From: Bryobacterales bacterium
Lineage (GTDB): Bacteria; Acidobacteriota; Terriglobia; Bryobacterales; UBA6623
Assembly: GCA_963422375.2 (NCBI GenBank)
Contig: OY729428.2
Span: 2,816,001 to 2,880,000, forward strand
Direction of reading: 5' to 3'
Length of the DNA stretch: 64,000 nt
The notes beneath the pieces are model-generated. The model was not told the origin of the DNA. It did not search any database and saw only the letters and a program-made list of their open reading frames with translations. The position numbers were made by a program, and so were the translations under genes. Below are positions 40,724-51,595 of the stretch, in pieces. The first letter of the stretch is position 1, and each line of letters begins with the position of its first letter.

Positions 40724-42718
40724 ATGACTGTCGATGTCGCCGGTCCAAAGGACGGGACGGGCGAACTGCAGGTCGACCGCCAGCCGCAGGGCGAGGGTCT
40801 CCGGGACATTGGAGGCGCGGCACTAGGGCCCGCTGCGCACGATCGGCAAGTCGCGGTATTCATTGATTTCGAGAACCTCGTTTTCACTACTGGTAGATCG
40901 TGCGAATTGGACTGCAAGAAGCTGATGCAGTTCTCAACGCTTCAGGGACGTGTTGTACTGGCCTGCGCATACGCGGACTGGAGAAGTCCGTCGTACTCCC
41001 GCTATCAGAAATGTATGCACGAACTCGGCATTGAACTTGTCCACGTCCTCGCGAAGCGAGCTAAGAACTCGGTCGACATCAAGATTGCAGTTGATGCAAT
41101 ACGGTCTGCATTTTCCCTGCCGCATATCTCTACCTACGTAATTGTGTCAGGTGATCGTGACTTCATTCACATCGTCAGAGAACTGAGACGACAGGGAAAG
41201 ACTGTTGTCGGAGTTTCTCCTAGCAAGGGGAAGAGCGAGGATTTCGCCACAACATGTGATTGGTTCATTGATTACGAGAAGATTGCGGGAGGACCGGAAG
41301 AAGACGATTCCGGCACACCTACTTTAAGGAGTATAGACGAGGTCAAGGCTGCATTGAATCACATTCTACAGCAACGTCCGAACGGAGTCTTCGGGGCACA
41401 GATTAAGCCGTTTCTCCGTCGTAAAATATCTGAAGATTTCAGCGAAAAGCAGTACGGTTTCCGGAGGATGAGGGCGCTGCTGGAGTCCATGCCGGACATC
41501 GCGACCATCGTCCCGCAGACAAGTCGAGACGTTCTGGTGCTCCCGGCCTCGCAGGCCCCGGCCCAACCGGCATGCCTACCGGTGCATCCGTCGGGCTCGG
41601 CACAGGACGCAGTCGAATCCGAGGACACAGACCGATCTCCGTCCGGCGACCACCTAGCCGGCATTCCAGCCAAGGACATCGCCGAAATCCGCATCTTGCT
41701 ACACAAGATTCTGTTGCAGCATCCTGACGGAGTTCCCTCTGCAAGGATCAAGACATTGCTTTGCGAAGCCATCTCGGGTGAATTCAACGCAAACGACTAT
41801 GGCTTCTCAAGTTTCAGAATGTTCTTGGACTCAGTTAGCGATATTGCGCGGGTTGTCGAGCGTTACGGTCGCGACATTCTTGTGGTTCCCGTTGTTGAAT
41901 CAGGCTTGGAAGAGTCAAGCGAAGAATCGGACAATGAAGAGCATCAACAACTTAATAAAAAGACGACAGATCTCATTCTTCGCGCATGTCTACGAAACTA
42001 TAAGTATGAACCAAACGCCAGTGCCCGAAGGGAGTTCTTGGCAACAATCTTTGAGATCATAACTGACAATCAGCCCCTCAACCGAGCCGAAATCCTATCA
42101 TTCATCCAAAACAGGATCGACCCTTCCGGAAACGGAAAAGAGATCAGTTCTACGTGGCTCGCTCGATACTTGACAATCTTTTTTCAGACCGGATCCGTCA
42201 ATTTTCTCCCGAACCAGCCAGATCTAAGCATGAAGGATCGAAAGATGGAGCTTAATCCAAAGGACATTTCTCTAGATCAATTCTGTCGTGGCTACGAAAC
42301 CAGCATCGTTTACAAAGTAGTTCGTTCTTCCTCGGACACAGAGATTGATGCGGAATTGGTTTCTAGAATCCTCGGCTTGGGAGAAGGCGACCTCAATTAC
42401 AGCGCAGAACTTCTCCAAGTGGCAAGATCGAGATTGAACCATCCCACAGAAGAGCCAAGCGCTTCGCAAAATGGCAATGTCGGGCACGTCTCGGACCGAA
42501 TCTTTCCAGCGAAATTGGAAAACACAAGTGTCGCAATTGATGGGCCGGAGTCAAATGGACATAGATTTGAGACCGGAAATGCGTCGAATTCAAATCGTAG
42601 GAACCAGCAAAGCAATACAAATCGAATCGCAACAGCAGGAGTTTGGATTGCAATCGGCTTGGCTTCTTCCTACATTTTCTCCCAGTTAGTCGACAGAATG
42701 ATGAAGGCCGCCAGGTGA
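40724..42718 (+). CDS. NYN domain protein with two LOTUS/OST-HTH domains and a C-terminal hydrophobic segment
   Basis: AVFIDFEN, KNSVDIKIAVDA, VSGDRDF; FSEKQYGF and FNANDYGF; visibly lower GC than the flanks. Confidence 0.88.
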   Translation: MTVDVAGPKDGTGELQVDRQPQGEGLRDIGGAALGPAAHDRQVAVFIDFENLVFTTGRSCELDCKKLMQFSTLQGRVVLACAYADWRSPSYSRYQKCMHELGIELVHVLAKRAKNSVDIKIAVDAIRSAFSLPHISTYVIVSGDRDFIHIVRELRRQGKTVVGVSPSKGKSEDFATTCDWFIDYEKIAGGPEEDDSGTPTLRSIDEVKAALNHILQQRPNGVFGAQIKPFLRRKISEDFSEKQYGFRRMRALLESMPDIATIVPQTSRDVLVLPASQAPAQPACLPVHPSGSAQDAVESEDTDRSPSGDHLAGIPAKDIAEIRILLHKILLQHPDGVPSARIKTLLCEAISGEFNANDYGFSSFRMFLDSVSDIARVVERYGRDILVVPVVESGLEESSEESDNEEHQQLNKKTTDLILRACLRNYKYEPNASARREFLATIFEIITDNQPLNRAEILSFIQNRIDPSGNGKEISSTWLARYLTIFFQTGSVNFLPNQPDLSMKDRKMELNPKDISLDQFCRGYETSIVYKVVRSSSDTEIDAELVSRILGLGEGDLNYSAELLQVARSRLNHPTEEPSASQNGNVGHVSDRIFPAKLENTSVAIDGPESNGHRFETGNASNSNRRNQQSNTNRIATAGVWIAIGLASSYIFSQLVDRMMKAAR

Positions 42719-42931
42719 GTCTTACGCACCTCGGGGACCGAAGCTGCGCGAGCCTACCACGACCCAGTCCATCCCTGCGGGCGCCCTCGTTGACATCGTC
42801 GCCGGACAGGGCTCTGCCCGGAGGTCGCGAATCGAGCGCTCCGAGACGGAATTCCGCCGGAGGTGGCGAGCCCTCGCTCGGGCTCGCCACCCGTCGCAGC
42901 CGTAATCCCCGTGCGCGAAGGGTGCGGGCTG

Positions 42932-43825
42932 CTAGTCGTCCTTCTTGATCCGCCGCTTGCCTTCCATGTCGCGCCGCTCGTTCTCCATGTCGAATTCGAA
43001 CTCCTTGACAGCATCGGCCAGCTGCTCGCTCTCGAGGTGAGGCGCGGACCATTGCTGCGCCATGTTGAGCACGTGCGTCCTCACCTTCGGATCGTTGATG
43101 CCGGACCTGTCGAACATGACAGAGATATCGAGCAGTATCCGGGCCACGCCGAACTCGACCTCGTCGGACCCCGCGGAGATCGCGCCCGTCGCAGCCTCCT
43201 CGGACAGCTGCGAGAACTCCCGCCCACCGGCTAGGGTCGACAGCACGGTGAAAATCCCGCGCGTCAGGGTCTGGTCCTCCATCGCGGCGATCTGCGAATC
43301 GACCACCTTGTTGCCGCTCTCGACGCTGGCGAGGATCGGCGACGCGCTCGAGTTCCCCGACGGCAGCGGCACCGCGAGCGCGACCGTGTCGCCAGCATCA
43401 ACTAGCTTCTTGATCGGTCCGACGCCTTCCGCGAACTGGATCGCGTTGATGCGGGTGCGGCGGCGGTATTCGTTGATCGACGGTTGGAAGCCCTCGGCCA
43501 GCGCGTCGCTGGCTTCCGCGCCTTTCGCGAAGGCGTCCGTAAGTTCGTCGTATCCGAGCGCCAAGCCGCCCGTGAGCACGAACCTCCACACGGCGGCCCG
43601 CGCCCCGGCTTCGCCTTCGGCCGCCATCGCTTCCTTGAGTTGCTCGACCGTCTTGGTGTAGTCGGGGATGGCGTAGTTGTCTTCCGCAGCCTGCAGGAAC
43701 CACTCGGGCGAGCCTTGGCGCGGACCGGGATCGCCGCCGGCGCAGGCCATTCCGAGCATGCAGATCGCCGCGAGCGTCGCGGCGACGACTGAAGAGGATG
43801 ATGAATGCAGGTGAATTCCCGGCAT
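42932..43825 (-). CDS. Hypothetical exported protein/lipoprotein
   Basis: AAGGAGG RBS; hydrophobic N-terminus ending GMAC (lipobox-like). Confidence 0.7.
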   Translation of the reverse strand: MPGIHLHSSSSSVVAATLAAICMLGMACAGGDPGPRQGSPEWFLQAAEDNYAIPDYTKTVEQLKEAMAAEGEAGARAAVWRFVLTGGLALGYDELTDAFAKGAEASDALAEGFQPSINEYRRRTRINAIQFAEGVGPIKKLVDAGDTVALAVPLPSGNSSASPILASVESGNKVVDSQIAAMEDQTLTRGIFTVLSTLAGGREFSQLSEEAATGAISAGSDEVEFGVARILLDISVMFDRSGINDPKVRTHVLNMAQQWSAPHLESEQLADAVKEFEFDMENERRDMEGKRRIKKDD

Positions 43826-44016
43826 GTGCAGGGCCTCCTTTCGAGGCACAGTTTCCCAATTCGGCGAGCGAACTGCAACCCGCGACCCGCTCATCCAGCA
43901 TTCCGCGCGGCGCGTACGCCAACGCGGTCCCCGAACGCGCACATCTTCGTCCCGCTCGGGCGGCGGCCCGGCCCCGCACCGCCGAGTCTCAAAGTGCCGC
44001 GGCCGGCACCGTCGGT

Positions 44017-44613
44017 ATGATGCCCGCAGTGCGAGACTCCGGCCAGCGGGGCGATGTCGACGCGGACGGATACGTCCTGGTCGGGGGGCGCAGTTCCCGG
44101 TTCGGCTCCGACAAGGCCGTTCACAAGATCGGCGGGCGCCCGATGGCGCTGCGGGCGGCGGACGCGCTGCGCCCGCACGTAGGGACTGTCACCCTTGTCG
44201 GGGGAACGTTCAATCACCTCGAACTCGGGCTCCCGTCCATTCCCGACTCCGTCGACAGCGCCGGCCCGCTCGGCGGAATCGTGGCGGCGCTCCAGCACGC
44301 CCGCTCGTCCCTTTGCGTTGTGCTGGCGTGCGACATGCCGCACGTCGCTTCGGCACCGATCGAAACGCTCATCCGGACAGCCGTCCGCACGGGGGCCGGC
44401 GCGATCGTCCCGGAGACGCCGGACGGGCGCCTGCAGCCGTTGTGCGCGGTCTACGCCAAGCGGACTGCCTCGCCGCTCGCCCGGGCCCTGAGCGAAGGCA
44501 CGCGAAGGATCGCAGCGGCGCTGCAGCGCATCGACTGGATCCGCTTGCCTGTCAACGATGCAAGGCCGTTCGCTAACGTCAACCGGGTCAGCGACTTGTA
44601 CCTGATCGGCTGA
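44017..44613 (+). CDS. mobA: Molybdenum cofactor guanylyltransferase
   Basis: VLVGGRSSRFGSDKA, GPLGGI, ACDMP, QPLCAVY, FANVN. Confidence 0.88.
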   Translation: MMPAVRDSGQRGDVDADGYVLVGGRSSRFGSDKAVHKIGGRPMALRAADALRPHVGTVTLVGGTFNHLELGLPSIPDSVDSAGPLGGIVAALQHARSSLCVVLACDMPHVASAPIETLIRTAVRTGAGAIVPETPDGRLQPLCAVYAKRTASPLARALSEGTRRIAAALQRIDWIRLPVNDARPFANVNRVSDLYLIG

Positions 44614-44630
44614 GCCCAGGCCCCGAGGGC

Positions 44631-45773
44631 TCAGTTATCCAGCGCCGCCGCGAGGCGACGAAGGTCCTCGACGTTGTTGAAGAAGTGCGGCGACACGCGG
44701 AGGTTACCCTTGCGCACCGAGACAGCCACGCGCGCTCGCTCCAGTGTCTCCCGCAGCCGGACCGCATCCCTGCCGGGGAACGAAGCGGCGATGATCGGGG
44801 AGTTGCAATCCTCGATCGACGGGATGAGGGGCTCACCACCGCGCGACTGGAGAATCTCGAGGCATGTCCGGGCGAAGCCCAACACGCGGCTTTCGATTTG
44901 GGGCTGGCCGCATTCGAGGATCAGGTCGACGCAAGCCTCCAGCGCGAACAGGAGAGCGAACGGTTGCACACCGCCCTCGTACATAGCCGCTTCCGCCGGC
45001 AATTCGGGTCGGCCGTGGTGCAGATGCTCGTGGTCCCGCCAGGTCCGGTGGGTGCGCCAGCTCACGATGCTCGGACGAAGCCAGTCTCTGGTCCACTCAG
45101 GCACGTAAGCGAAGCCAGCTCCGGGCGGCGCCATCAGCCACTTGTAGCCATGCGCGAAGAGATAGTCCACAGGCACCTTACGCAGGTCGTGGCGCAGGAC
45201 TCCGACGCTCTGCGTCGCGTCGACGCACAGCAGCACGCCACGCTTGCGCAACTCCGGGGACAGCGCATCAAGCGGGGCTCGCAGCCCGTTCGAGTAGTTG
45301 ACCTCACTCACCACGACCAAGCGTGTTCGCGGCCCGACCGCGTCGAGAACCAGTTCCGGCTCGAACAGACCGGTCGGCGCCGGGAGTGCGCGGAAGTCGA
45401 CGCCTTTCGCGTCGAGCAGCAAGGGCGCGTACAGGTTGCTGGGAAACTCGTGGTCCAGTGCCAGGATTTCGTCGCCGCTGCGCCAGTCGATCCCTCGCAG
45501 CAGCCACGAAAGGGCAGCCGCCGCGCTCGGGCAGAAGGCTATGTCGGCCGATTCGGCACCGATCAGCAGGCCGATCTTGCCGCGGAGCCGGTCCAAGCGA
45601 TCAAACCAATCGAGGAAATCGAGCGAAGCGCCCGCATCGCGGGCAGCGCAGTAGTCGGTCATTGCCCGGACCGCTTCCGTCGGCGTGGGGCCGAATGCAG
45701 CCGTATTCAGGTGCGTCCACTCCTTCAGAACCGGAAACCGGGCGCGCACCGCCGACCAATCTGATTGATCCAT
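44631..45773 (-). CDS. Class V aminotransferase (cysteine desulfurase-like, PLP-dependent)
   Basis: HLNTAAFGP, VDATQSVG, HGYKWLMAPPGAG, LRVSPHFFN. Confidence 0.9.
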   Translation of the reverse strand: MDQSDWSAVRARFPVLKEWTHLNTAAFGPTPTEAVRAMTDYCAARDAGASLDFLDWFDRLDRLRGKIGLLIGAESADIAFCPSAAAALSWLLRGIDWRSGDEILALDHEFPSNLYAPLLLDAKGVDFRALPAPTGLFEPELVLDAVGPRTRLVVVSEVNYSNGLRAPLDALSPELRKRGVLLCVDATQSVGVLRHDLRKVPVDYLFAHGYKWLMAPPGAGFAYVPEWTRDWLRPSIVSWRTHRTWRDHEHLHHGRPELPAEAAMYEGGVQPFALLFALEACVDLILECGQPQIESRVLGFARTCLEILQSRGGEPLIPSIEDCNSPIIAASFPGRDAVRLRETLERARVAVSVRKGNLRVSPHFFNNVEDLRRLAAALDN

Positions 45774-46554
45774 CGTCTCAGCGTAAGCGCAATCGCCCTG
45801 CAACCCGATCAATGGGTGCAGGTGACGGCCGGGTCGGAGCCGCGCTTGTTGGCGGGAGGGCCCAGCGGCCAGCCCGACCAGCATCGACTGCGGGAGGGTT
45901 CCGGGGCTGGAGTTCAGCGCTTCGGGCTAATCGGAATCGCACCGCCCGACTCATGAAAGAGCCGGCAAGGCGAGCATCCGGCACCGTCCACGAAGTTCCC
46001 GCAGCTGTGTTCTCGACGCTGGACCCAGCGTCGCTCGCGGAAGACGGCTCAGCCCCTCGCGAACAAGAACAGCCCCTCCCCAGCCGAGACGGCACACTGG
46101 TGTTCCGCCGGAACTCCCGGGCACGGCGGCTCGAGTATGCGCACTCCGTGAATCTGCTTCACCGCTCCTGCTCGCAAGGTCCAAGCTGCCGTGACTCGGC
46201 CGGCCACGCCGGCTAGGGTGTCGGAACCGTGTCAGGGACGCCCGCGACTGCAATGTCTGGGGTGGTCAGAGATTTCGACCGCACGCACGCCTGCTGCCGG
46301 TTCGCCGTTCGACCCCGCGCGGCGGGAGACCGGTCGCGGACGTGCAGGACCTCGTCCTATTCCGGAGCCGACCCGCGGGTCCACGCAAATTCCGGCGGGC
46401 GAGACTCGCCGACTGACTTCCGCTGCCCGGCGCGGCCGACCCCGGACCGCGGCGTCACGGCCCTCGATGATCCCCCGCGGCCGGCCGCTCGGATATTCTG
46501 GGATGGGGCCGGGCCGGAGCAGCCTGACTCCCCGCGCCAGCACCAGCGCCCAAG

Positions 46555-48381
46555 ATGCCAGCGGCAGCCCCGTCTCCGAAGGACTCCGCGCAGCCCGCGT
46601 CCCGTCCGTGGCACAGGGTCGAAGACGCGGCCGCGGCCGCGCTGCTGGCCGCGATCGCGCTGCTGCCGCTCTTGGAGGGCGCGGGCCGGATGCTCGGCAT
46701 CGGCAACTTGGTGCCCGGGTCACTCCCCCTCGTGCAGCACTGCACGCTTCTCCTCGCCATCGCCGGCGGGATGCTCGCGGCACGGGAGGGCCGGCTGCTC
46801 GCGCTATCCACCGCCTCGTTCCTTCCGGAACGCCTGAATCAGCCGGCGCGAGTCATCACGTCGTCGATCGGCGTTGCCGTCTGCACCTGCCTAGCCTACG
46901 GCTCGTGGACCTTCGCCAGCGTCGAGCGCGAAGCGGGGGACATCGTGGCCTTCGGCCTCCCGGTCTGGCTGTTCGTGTTCGCCATGGCGCCGGGCATCGC
47001 GGCGATCGGCCTGCGCATGGCTTGGCGCTGCTCGGACGGCCACGCCGGGACGGCGGTCGCGCTCGCCGGCGCCGTCGCGCCGGTCGCCATAGGCTACTGG
47101 GAGGCGCTGGGCGAGTGGCCGGTCCTGCAGTACGGCGGACTCGCGCTGCTGGGCGGAGCGCTGCTCGGCCTTCCGATCTTCGCCGTGATCGGCGGGCTCG
47201 CGGCCCTGCTGTTCTGGTTCGAATACACGCCGGTGTCGGCCGTGCCGCTGGCCGCCTACCAGCTGTCGGGCCAGCCGCTCCTGCCCGCGATCCCCCTGTT
47301 CACCCTAGGCGGCTTCATCCTTGCCGAGGGCGGGGCGAGCAAGCGCCTGGTGCGGGTGTTCTCGGCGCTGGTCGGCTGGCTGCCGGGCGGGCTCGCCGTG
47401 ACCACGGCCCTGGCGTTTGCCTTCTTCACCTCGTTCACGGGCGCGTCGGGCGTCACGATCCTCTCGCTCGGCGGCCTGCTCCTGCCGGTGCTGGTGAAGT
47501 CGGGCTACCCGCGCCGGTTCTCGCTCGGGCTGGTGACTGCCTCGGGCTCGATCGGCCTGCTGTTCCCGCCCAGCCTTGCGGTGATCCTGTACGGGGTATA
47601 CTCCCGCACGCCGATCAACGAGCTATTCCTGGCCGGGCTCCTGCCGGGCGCCCTGCTGGTCGGCCTGGTCGCGCTGTGGGGCGTTCGCTGCGGGCATGCG
47701 TCCGACACGGGCCGCCGGCCGTTCGTTCTCGCCGAGGCGCGCGCGGCCGCCGGCGGGGCCAAGTGGGACCTGCTGCTGCCGTTTGTCGTCATCGGAGGAA
47801 TTTTCGGCGGGATCGTCACGCTGGTGGAGGCCGCCGCCGTGACGGTGCTGTACGCCGCGGTCGTCGAATGCTTCGTCTACCGAGACCTGTCCGCCCGCCG
47901 CCTGCCATCCGTCGCCGTGCAGTGCGCCGCCCTCGTCGGCGGCGTGCTGCTGATCCTCGGCGTCGCCCTCGGGTTCACCAACTACGTGATCGACGCGCAG
48001 ATCCCGGACCACGCGCTCGAATGGGTGCAGTCGCACATCGAATCGAAGTACGTCTTCCTGCTCGCTCTGAACGCGCTGCTGCTGGTCGTGGGATGCATGA
48101 TGGACATCTTCTCGGCCATCCTCGTGGTCGTGCCTCTCGTCGCCCCGATGGGGGAGGCTTACGGAATCGACCCGGTCCATCTCGGCATCATCTTCCTGGC
48201 CAACCTCGAGCTCGGCTACCTGACGCCCCCGGTCGGGCTGAACCTATTCCTGTCCTGCTATCGCTTCGGCGACCCGCTGACCCGCGTCTACCGCTCGGTC
48301 CTGCCGTTCCTGCTGATCCTGCTGGGGGGCGTCCTGGTGATCACCTACGTCCCCTCCCTCGCGCTCGCCCTAGTCCGCTGA
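46555..48381 (+). CDS. TRAP transporter fused small+large permease (DctQM)
   Basis: Highly hydrophobic; AIPLFTLGG, SGSIGLLFPPS, GIDPVHLG, TPPVGLNLF. Confidence 0.9.
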   Translation: MPAAAPSPKDSAQPASRPWHRVEDAAAAALLAAIALLPLLEGAGRMLGIGNLVPGSLPLVQHCTLLLAIAGGMLAAREGRLLALSTASFLPERLNQPARVITSSIGVAVCTCLAYGSWTFASVEREAGDIVAFGLPVWLFVFAMAPGIAAIGLRMAWRCSDGHAGTAVALAGAVAPVAIGYWEALGEWPVLQYGGLALLGGALLGLPIFAVIGGLAALLFWFEYTPVSAVPLAAYQLSGQPLLPAIPLFTLGGFILAEGGASKRLVRVFSALVGWLPGGLAVTTALAFAFFTSFTGASGVTILSLGGLLLPVLVKSGYPRRFSLGLVTASGSIGLLFPPSLAVILYGVYSRTPINELFLAGLLPGALLVGLVALWGVRCGHASDTGRRPFVLAEARAAAGGAKWDLLLPFVVIGGIFGGIVTLVEAAAVTVLYAAVVECFVYRDLSARRLPSVAVQCAALVGGVLLILGVALGFTNYVIDAQIPDHALEWVQSHIESKYVFLLALNALLLVVGCMMDIFSAILVVVPLVAPMGEAYGIDPVHLGIIFLANLELGYLTPPVGLNLFLSCYRFGDPLTRVYRSVLPFLLILLGGVLVITYVPSLALALVR

Positions 48382-48438
48382 GGGGCCGCGAGGGAGCCTT
48401 GCTAGACTCGGAATTCGCGGGCTAGCCGCGTTCCTCGG

Positions 48439-49677
48439 ATGGCGATCGCGCGCAAGCCCACGGCCACTTGCACCGTCGGCGGCGTCCCGGTCGGGGGCGG
48501 CAATCCGATCGTCGTGCAGGCGATGACGAACACCGACACCGCCGACTCGGCGGCGACGGTGAACCAGGCGCTGGCGCTCGCGCGGGCGGGCTCCGAGCTC
48601 GTGCGCGTGACCGTCAACCACGACCGGGCCGCGGCCGCGGTGCCAGGGATCGTCCGCACGCTGCGCGACTTCGGCTGCCCCGTGCCGGTCGTCGGCGACT
48701 TCCACTACAACGGGCATATCCTCTTGCGGAAGCATCCGGAGTGCGCGCGGGCTTTGGCCAAGTACCGGATCAACCCGGGCAACGTCAACGTCGGCCGGAA
48801 GCACGACGACAACTTCCGCACGATGATCGAGGCCGCGATCGAGCACGGCAAGCCCGTGCGGATCGGCGTGAACTGGGGCTCGCTGGACCAGCAGCTGCTG
48901 ACCGCCCTGATGGACGAGAACGCCGGCCGCGCCCGGCCGCTGAGCGCGGCCGAAGTCACCTACGAGACGATCGTGCAAAGCGCCCTGCGCTCCGCCGAGG
49001 CCGCCGAGCGCTACGGGCTCGGGCACGACCGGATCATCCTCAGCGCGAAGGTCTCGAACGTCCAGGACCTGATCGCGGTCTACCGGATGCTGGCGAGCCG
49101 CTGCGACTACCCGCTGCATCTGGGTCTCACCGAGGCCGGGATGGGCACGAAGGGCGTGGTCGCCTCGACGGCCGCCATGGCGGTGCTCTTGCAGGAAGGT
49201 ATCGGGGACACGGTCCGCGTCTCCCTGACGCCGCGGCCCGACGGCGACCGCTGCGAGGAGGTAGAGGTGGCCAAGCAGATCCTGCAGTCGCTCGAGATCC
49301 GCCACTTCGCGCCGCAAGTGACGGCCTGCCCGGGATGCGGACGCACCACGAGCACCTTCTTCCAGGAAATGGCCGAGGAGATCGAGGGGCACCTGCGGGA
49401 CCAGATGCCGGCATGGAAGAGCCGCTACGCCGGCGTGGAGACCCTGAGCGTGGCCGTGATGGGCTGCGTCGTGAACGGTCCCGGCGAGTCCAAGCACGCC
49501 GACATCGGCATCTCGCTCCCCGGCACCTTCGAGGAGCCGGTGGCCCCGGTCTATGTCGACGGACGGCTGCACCGCACGCTGCGAGGCGAGCGGATCGTGG
49601 CGGAGTTCGTCGATATCCTCGACTCGTACGTGGCGGCGAAGTACGACGCCCGGGCCGGCACGGCGCCGGCTCGGTAG
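48439..49677 (+). CDS. ispG: (E)-4-hydroxy-3-methylbut-2-enyl-diphosphate synthase
   Basis: [47 protein letters not shown]. Confidence 0.97.
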   Translation: MAIARKPTATCTVGGVPVGGGNPIVVQAMTNTDTADSAATVNQALALARAGSELVRVTVNHDRAAAAVPGIVRTLRDFGCPVPVVGDFHYNGHILLRKHPECARALAKYRINPGNVNVGRKHDDNFRTMIEAAIEHGKPVRIGVNWGSLDQQLLTALMDENAGRARPLSAAEVTYETIVQSALRSAEAAERYGLGHDRIILSAKVSNVQDLIAVYRMLASRCDYPLHLGLTEAGMGTKGVVASTAAMAVLLQEGIGDTVRVSLTPRPDGDRCEEVEVAKQILQSLEIRHFAPQVTACPGCGRTTSTFFQEMAEEIEGHLRDQMPAWKSRYAGVETLSVAVMGCVVNGPGESKHADIGISLPGTFEEPVAPVYVDGRLHRTLRGERIVAEFVDILDSYVAAKYDARAGTAPAR

Positions 49678-49702
49678 CCGTCCGGCCGGGGCGTTCCGGA
49701 CC

Positions 49703-50902
49703 CTACGGAATCGCTTCCCGCACAAACCACGGGAACTCGGGCACAAATCCGTATCCCCGGAAGAAATACAGGTAGGCCACGATGCCCGCCACCATGGCGA
49801 AGAAGAGCAAGACGGTCAGGGCGATCCTGAACAAGGGGAGCTTCCGCCCCTCGCGCTTGAGGACCAGCAGCCAGCTCGCGCCGATGCCGACGAAGTAGAG
49901 CAGGATCATCGGCCCGGCGAACAGGGTCATCGTCAGCGGGTCGCCGGTCGGCGTGATGATGGCCGCGATCACGAACATGATCAGCACCGCGTAGCGGACG
50001 TTGCGCAGCAGGAAGCGGGGCGACGTCAGCCGCAGCAGCGTGAAGAAGAAGATCAGGACGGGCAGCTGGAACACCAAGCCGAGGCCGATCTCGAGAATGA
50101 TGAAGAGATTCAGGTATTCGCTGACCGAGATGAACGGCTCGACCTGGTCGAGCGACAGAGTCAGCAGGAACTGCAGGGTGACGCGCAGCGCGACGAAGTA
50201 GCAGAACGCCCCGCCGAGGATGAACAGGCTGGCGGTGACGAAGATGAACGGCATGGCCCAGCGCTTCTCCCGCTTGTACAGCCCGGGGGCGATGAACTGC
50301 CACGCCTGGTACATCAGCCACGGGGCGCCGAGGAACACCGCCGCGATCAGCGGCACCTTGATGTAGACGACTTGAAACTGCTCGAGGGGCCGGATGTTGA
50401 TGATCCGGATCGCCTCGCCGGACTTCGTGGTGATCCCCTCGACAGCCGCGTAGAAGGGCGTCAGGACGAACGCGAGCAAGTCCTGGGCGAAGGCCAGGCA
50501 AAGCAGGTAGACCACCAGCAGCCCGCCCAGCGCCCGCAGGATCCGAGTCCGCAGCTCCTCGAGATGCTCGAGGAACGACATGCGGGCCATGTCGTCGTCT
50601 CCGACGTCCCCGTCGTCTCCGTCGTCCCCGGAAGAAGGCGGGGGCGGCGGGGGCGGGCCGGGCGCGTCTTCCCCCCCGCCTGTCGTCTCCGCGCCCACCG
50701 GGCCCGCGGACTCGCTCTCGGGACGGGAGGCGTGCGGGTCGTCGTAGAGATGGTCCGATTCGTCGTGGTACGGGTCGTCGTAGTAGGCGGCGTCGCCGTG
50801 CGGATCCACGGGCGCGCCGGATCCGCTCTCGCCAGTCCCGGGGCCCTCGGGCCGGGCGGGATCCGCGGCGGCCCCCTGCGGGTCTTTCTCTTCCGAGTTC
50901 AT
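49703..50902 (-). CDS. tatC: Twin-arginine translocase TatC with long disordered N-terminal extension
   Basis: MSFLEHLEELRTR, QAWQFIAPGLY, AAIITPTGD. Confidence 0.95.
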   Translation of the reverse strand: MNSEEKDPQGAAADPARPEGPGTGESGSGAPVDPHGDAAYYDDPYHDESDHLYDDPHASRPESESAGPVGAETTGGGEDAPGPPPPPPPSSGDDGDDGDVGDDDMARMSFLEHLEELRTRILRALGGLLVVYLLCLAFAQDLLAFVLTPFYAAVEGITTKSGEAIRIINIRPLEQFQVVYIKVPLIAAVFLGAPWLMYQAWQFIAPGLYKREKRWAMPFIFVTASLFILGGAFCYFVALRVTLQFLLTLSLDQVEPFISVSEYLNLFIILEIGLGLVFQLPVLIFFFTLLRLTSPRFLLRNVRYAVLIMFVIAAIITPTGDPLTMTLFAGPMILLYFVGIGASWLLVLKREGRKLPLFRIALTVLLFFAMVAGIVAYLYFFRGYGFVPEFPWFVREAIP

Positions 50903-50962
50903 AGACCGGTACAGTTCCTAGGATTACGCGGGGAGGTCGGGGCCAGCGCCAGGCGGCACCGC

Positions 50963-51454
50963 TCAGGCGGGCTTGGACGCCGAGGCCTCTTCCGACTCCG
51001 GCAGGCCGGACACTGGCGCGGCAGCCGGTGCCTCCGACGAATCCTCGGCGGCGGCGTCCGGCTGGGACGCGACGGCGCCTTTCGAGGCCGATCCCTCGCC
51101 CGCTGCCGGGTCGGGACCTTCCGCGCTGGCTCTTGCGGGCTTGGAAGTCGCAGAGGACGCGCTCGAGCCCGCGCCGTAGTCGTAGTCGTTGTAGTAGTCG
51201 TCCTCGTTGTCGTCGTAATAGCTGGTGTCGATGTCCTTGCCGACGTCCTTCGCGATCGTCTTGACGTCCTTGGTCTCCTGCTCGATGCTGTCCATCTCGC
51301 GCTGGAAGGTCGTCTTCAGCTCGTTCGAGGCCCGCTTGAACTCGGCCATGCCCTTGCCGAAGGTCTTGCCGAGCTCCGGCAGCTTCTTGGGGCCGAAGAT
51401 CAGCAGCGCCAGAATGAACAGGACTACGATCTCACCCATGCCTAGCGGGCCCAT
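50963..51454 (-). CDS. tatA: TatA/TatB family subunit
   Basis: MGPLGMGEIVVLFILALLIFGPKKLPELGKTFGKGMAEFK. Confidence 0.9.
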   Translation of the reverse strand: MGPLGMGEIVVLFILALLIFGPKKLPELGKTFGKGMAEFKRASNELKTTFQREMDSIEQETKDVKTIAKDVGKDIDTSYYDDNEDDYYNDYDYGAGSSASSATSKPARASAEGPDPAAGEGSASKGAVASQPDAAAEDSSEAPAAAPVSGLPESEEASASKPA

Positions 51455-51595
51455 GCGAATCTCCTCAGGCGCTCCCGGCGTTCTGGGGTTTCATTTGATG
51501 ATAGCGACGAGCCAGCGCAGAATCAACCGCGCGCGGATCCGCCGCCCGCGCGGAAGCCCCGACGCCCATGCGCGGCGCGCTAGACTGGAGCGTAT

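Noticed and set aside
45774..46554. Possible riboswitch or small gene in a long intergenic region
   Set aside because: No motif could be supported; an Rfam search would be needed.
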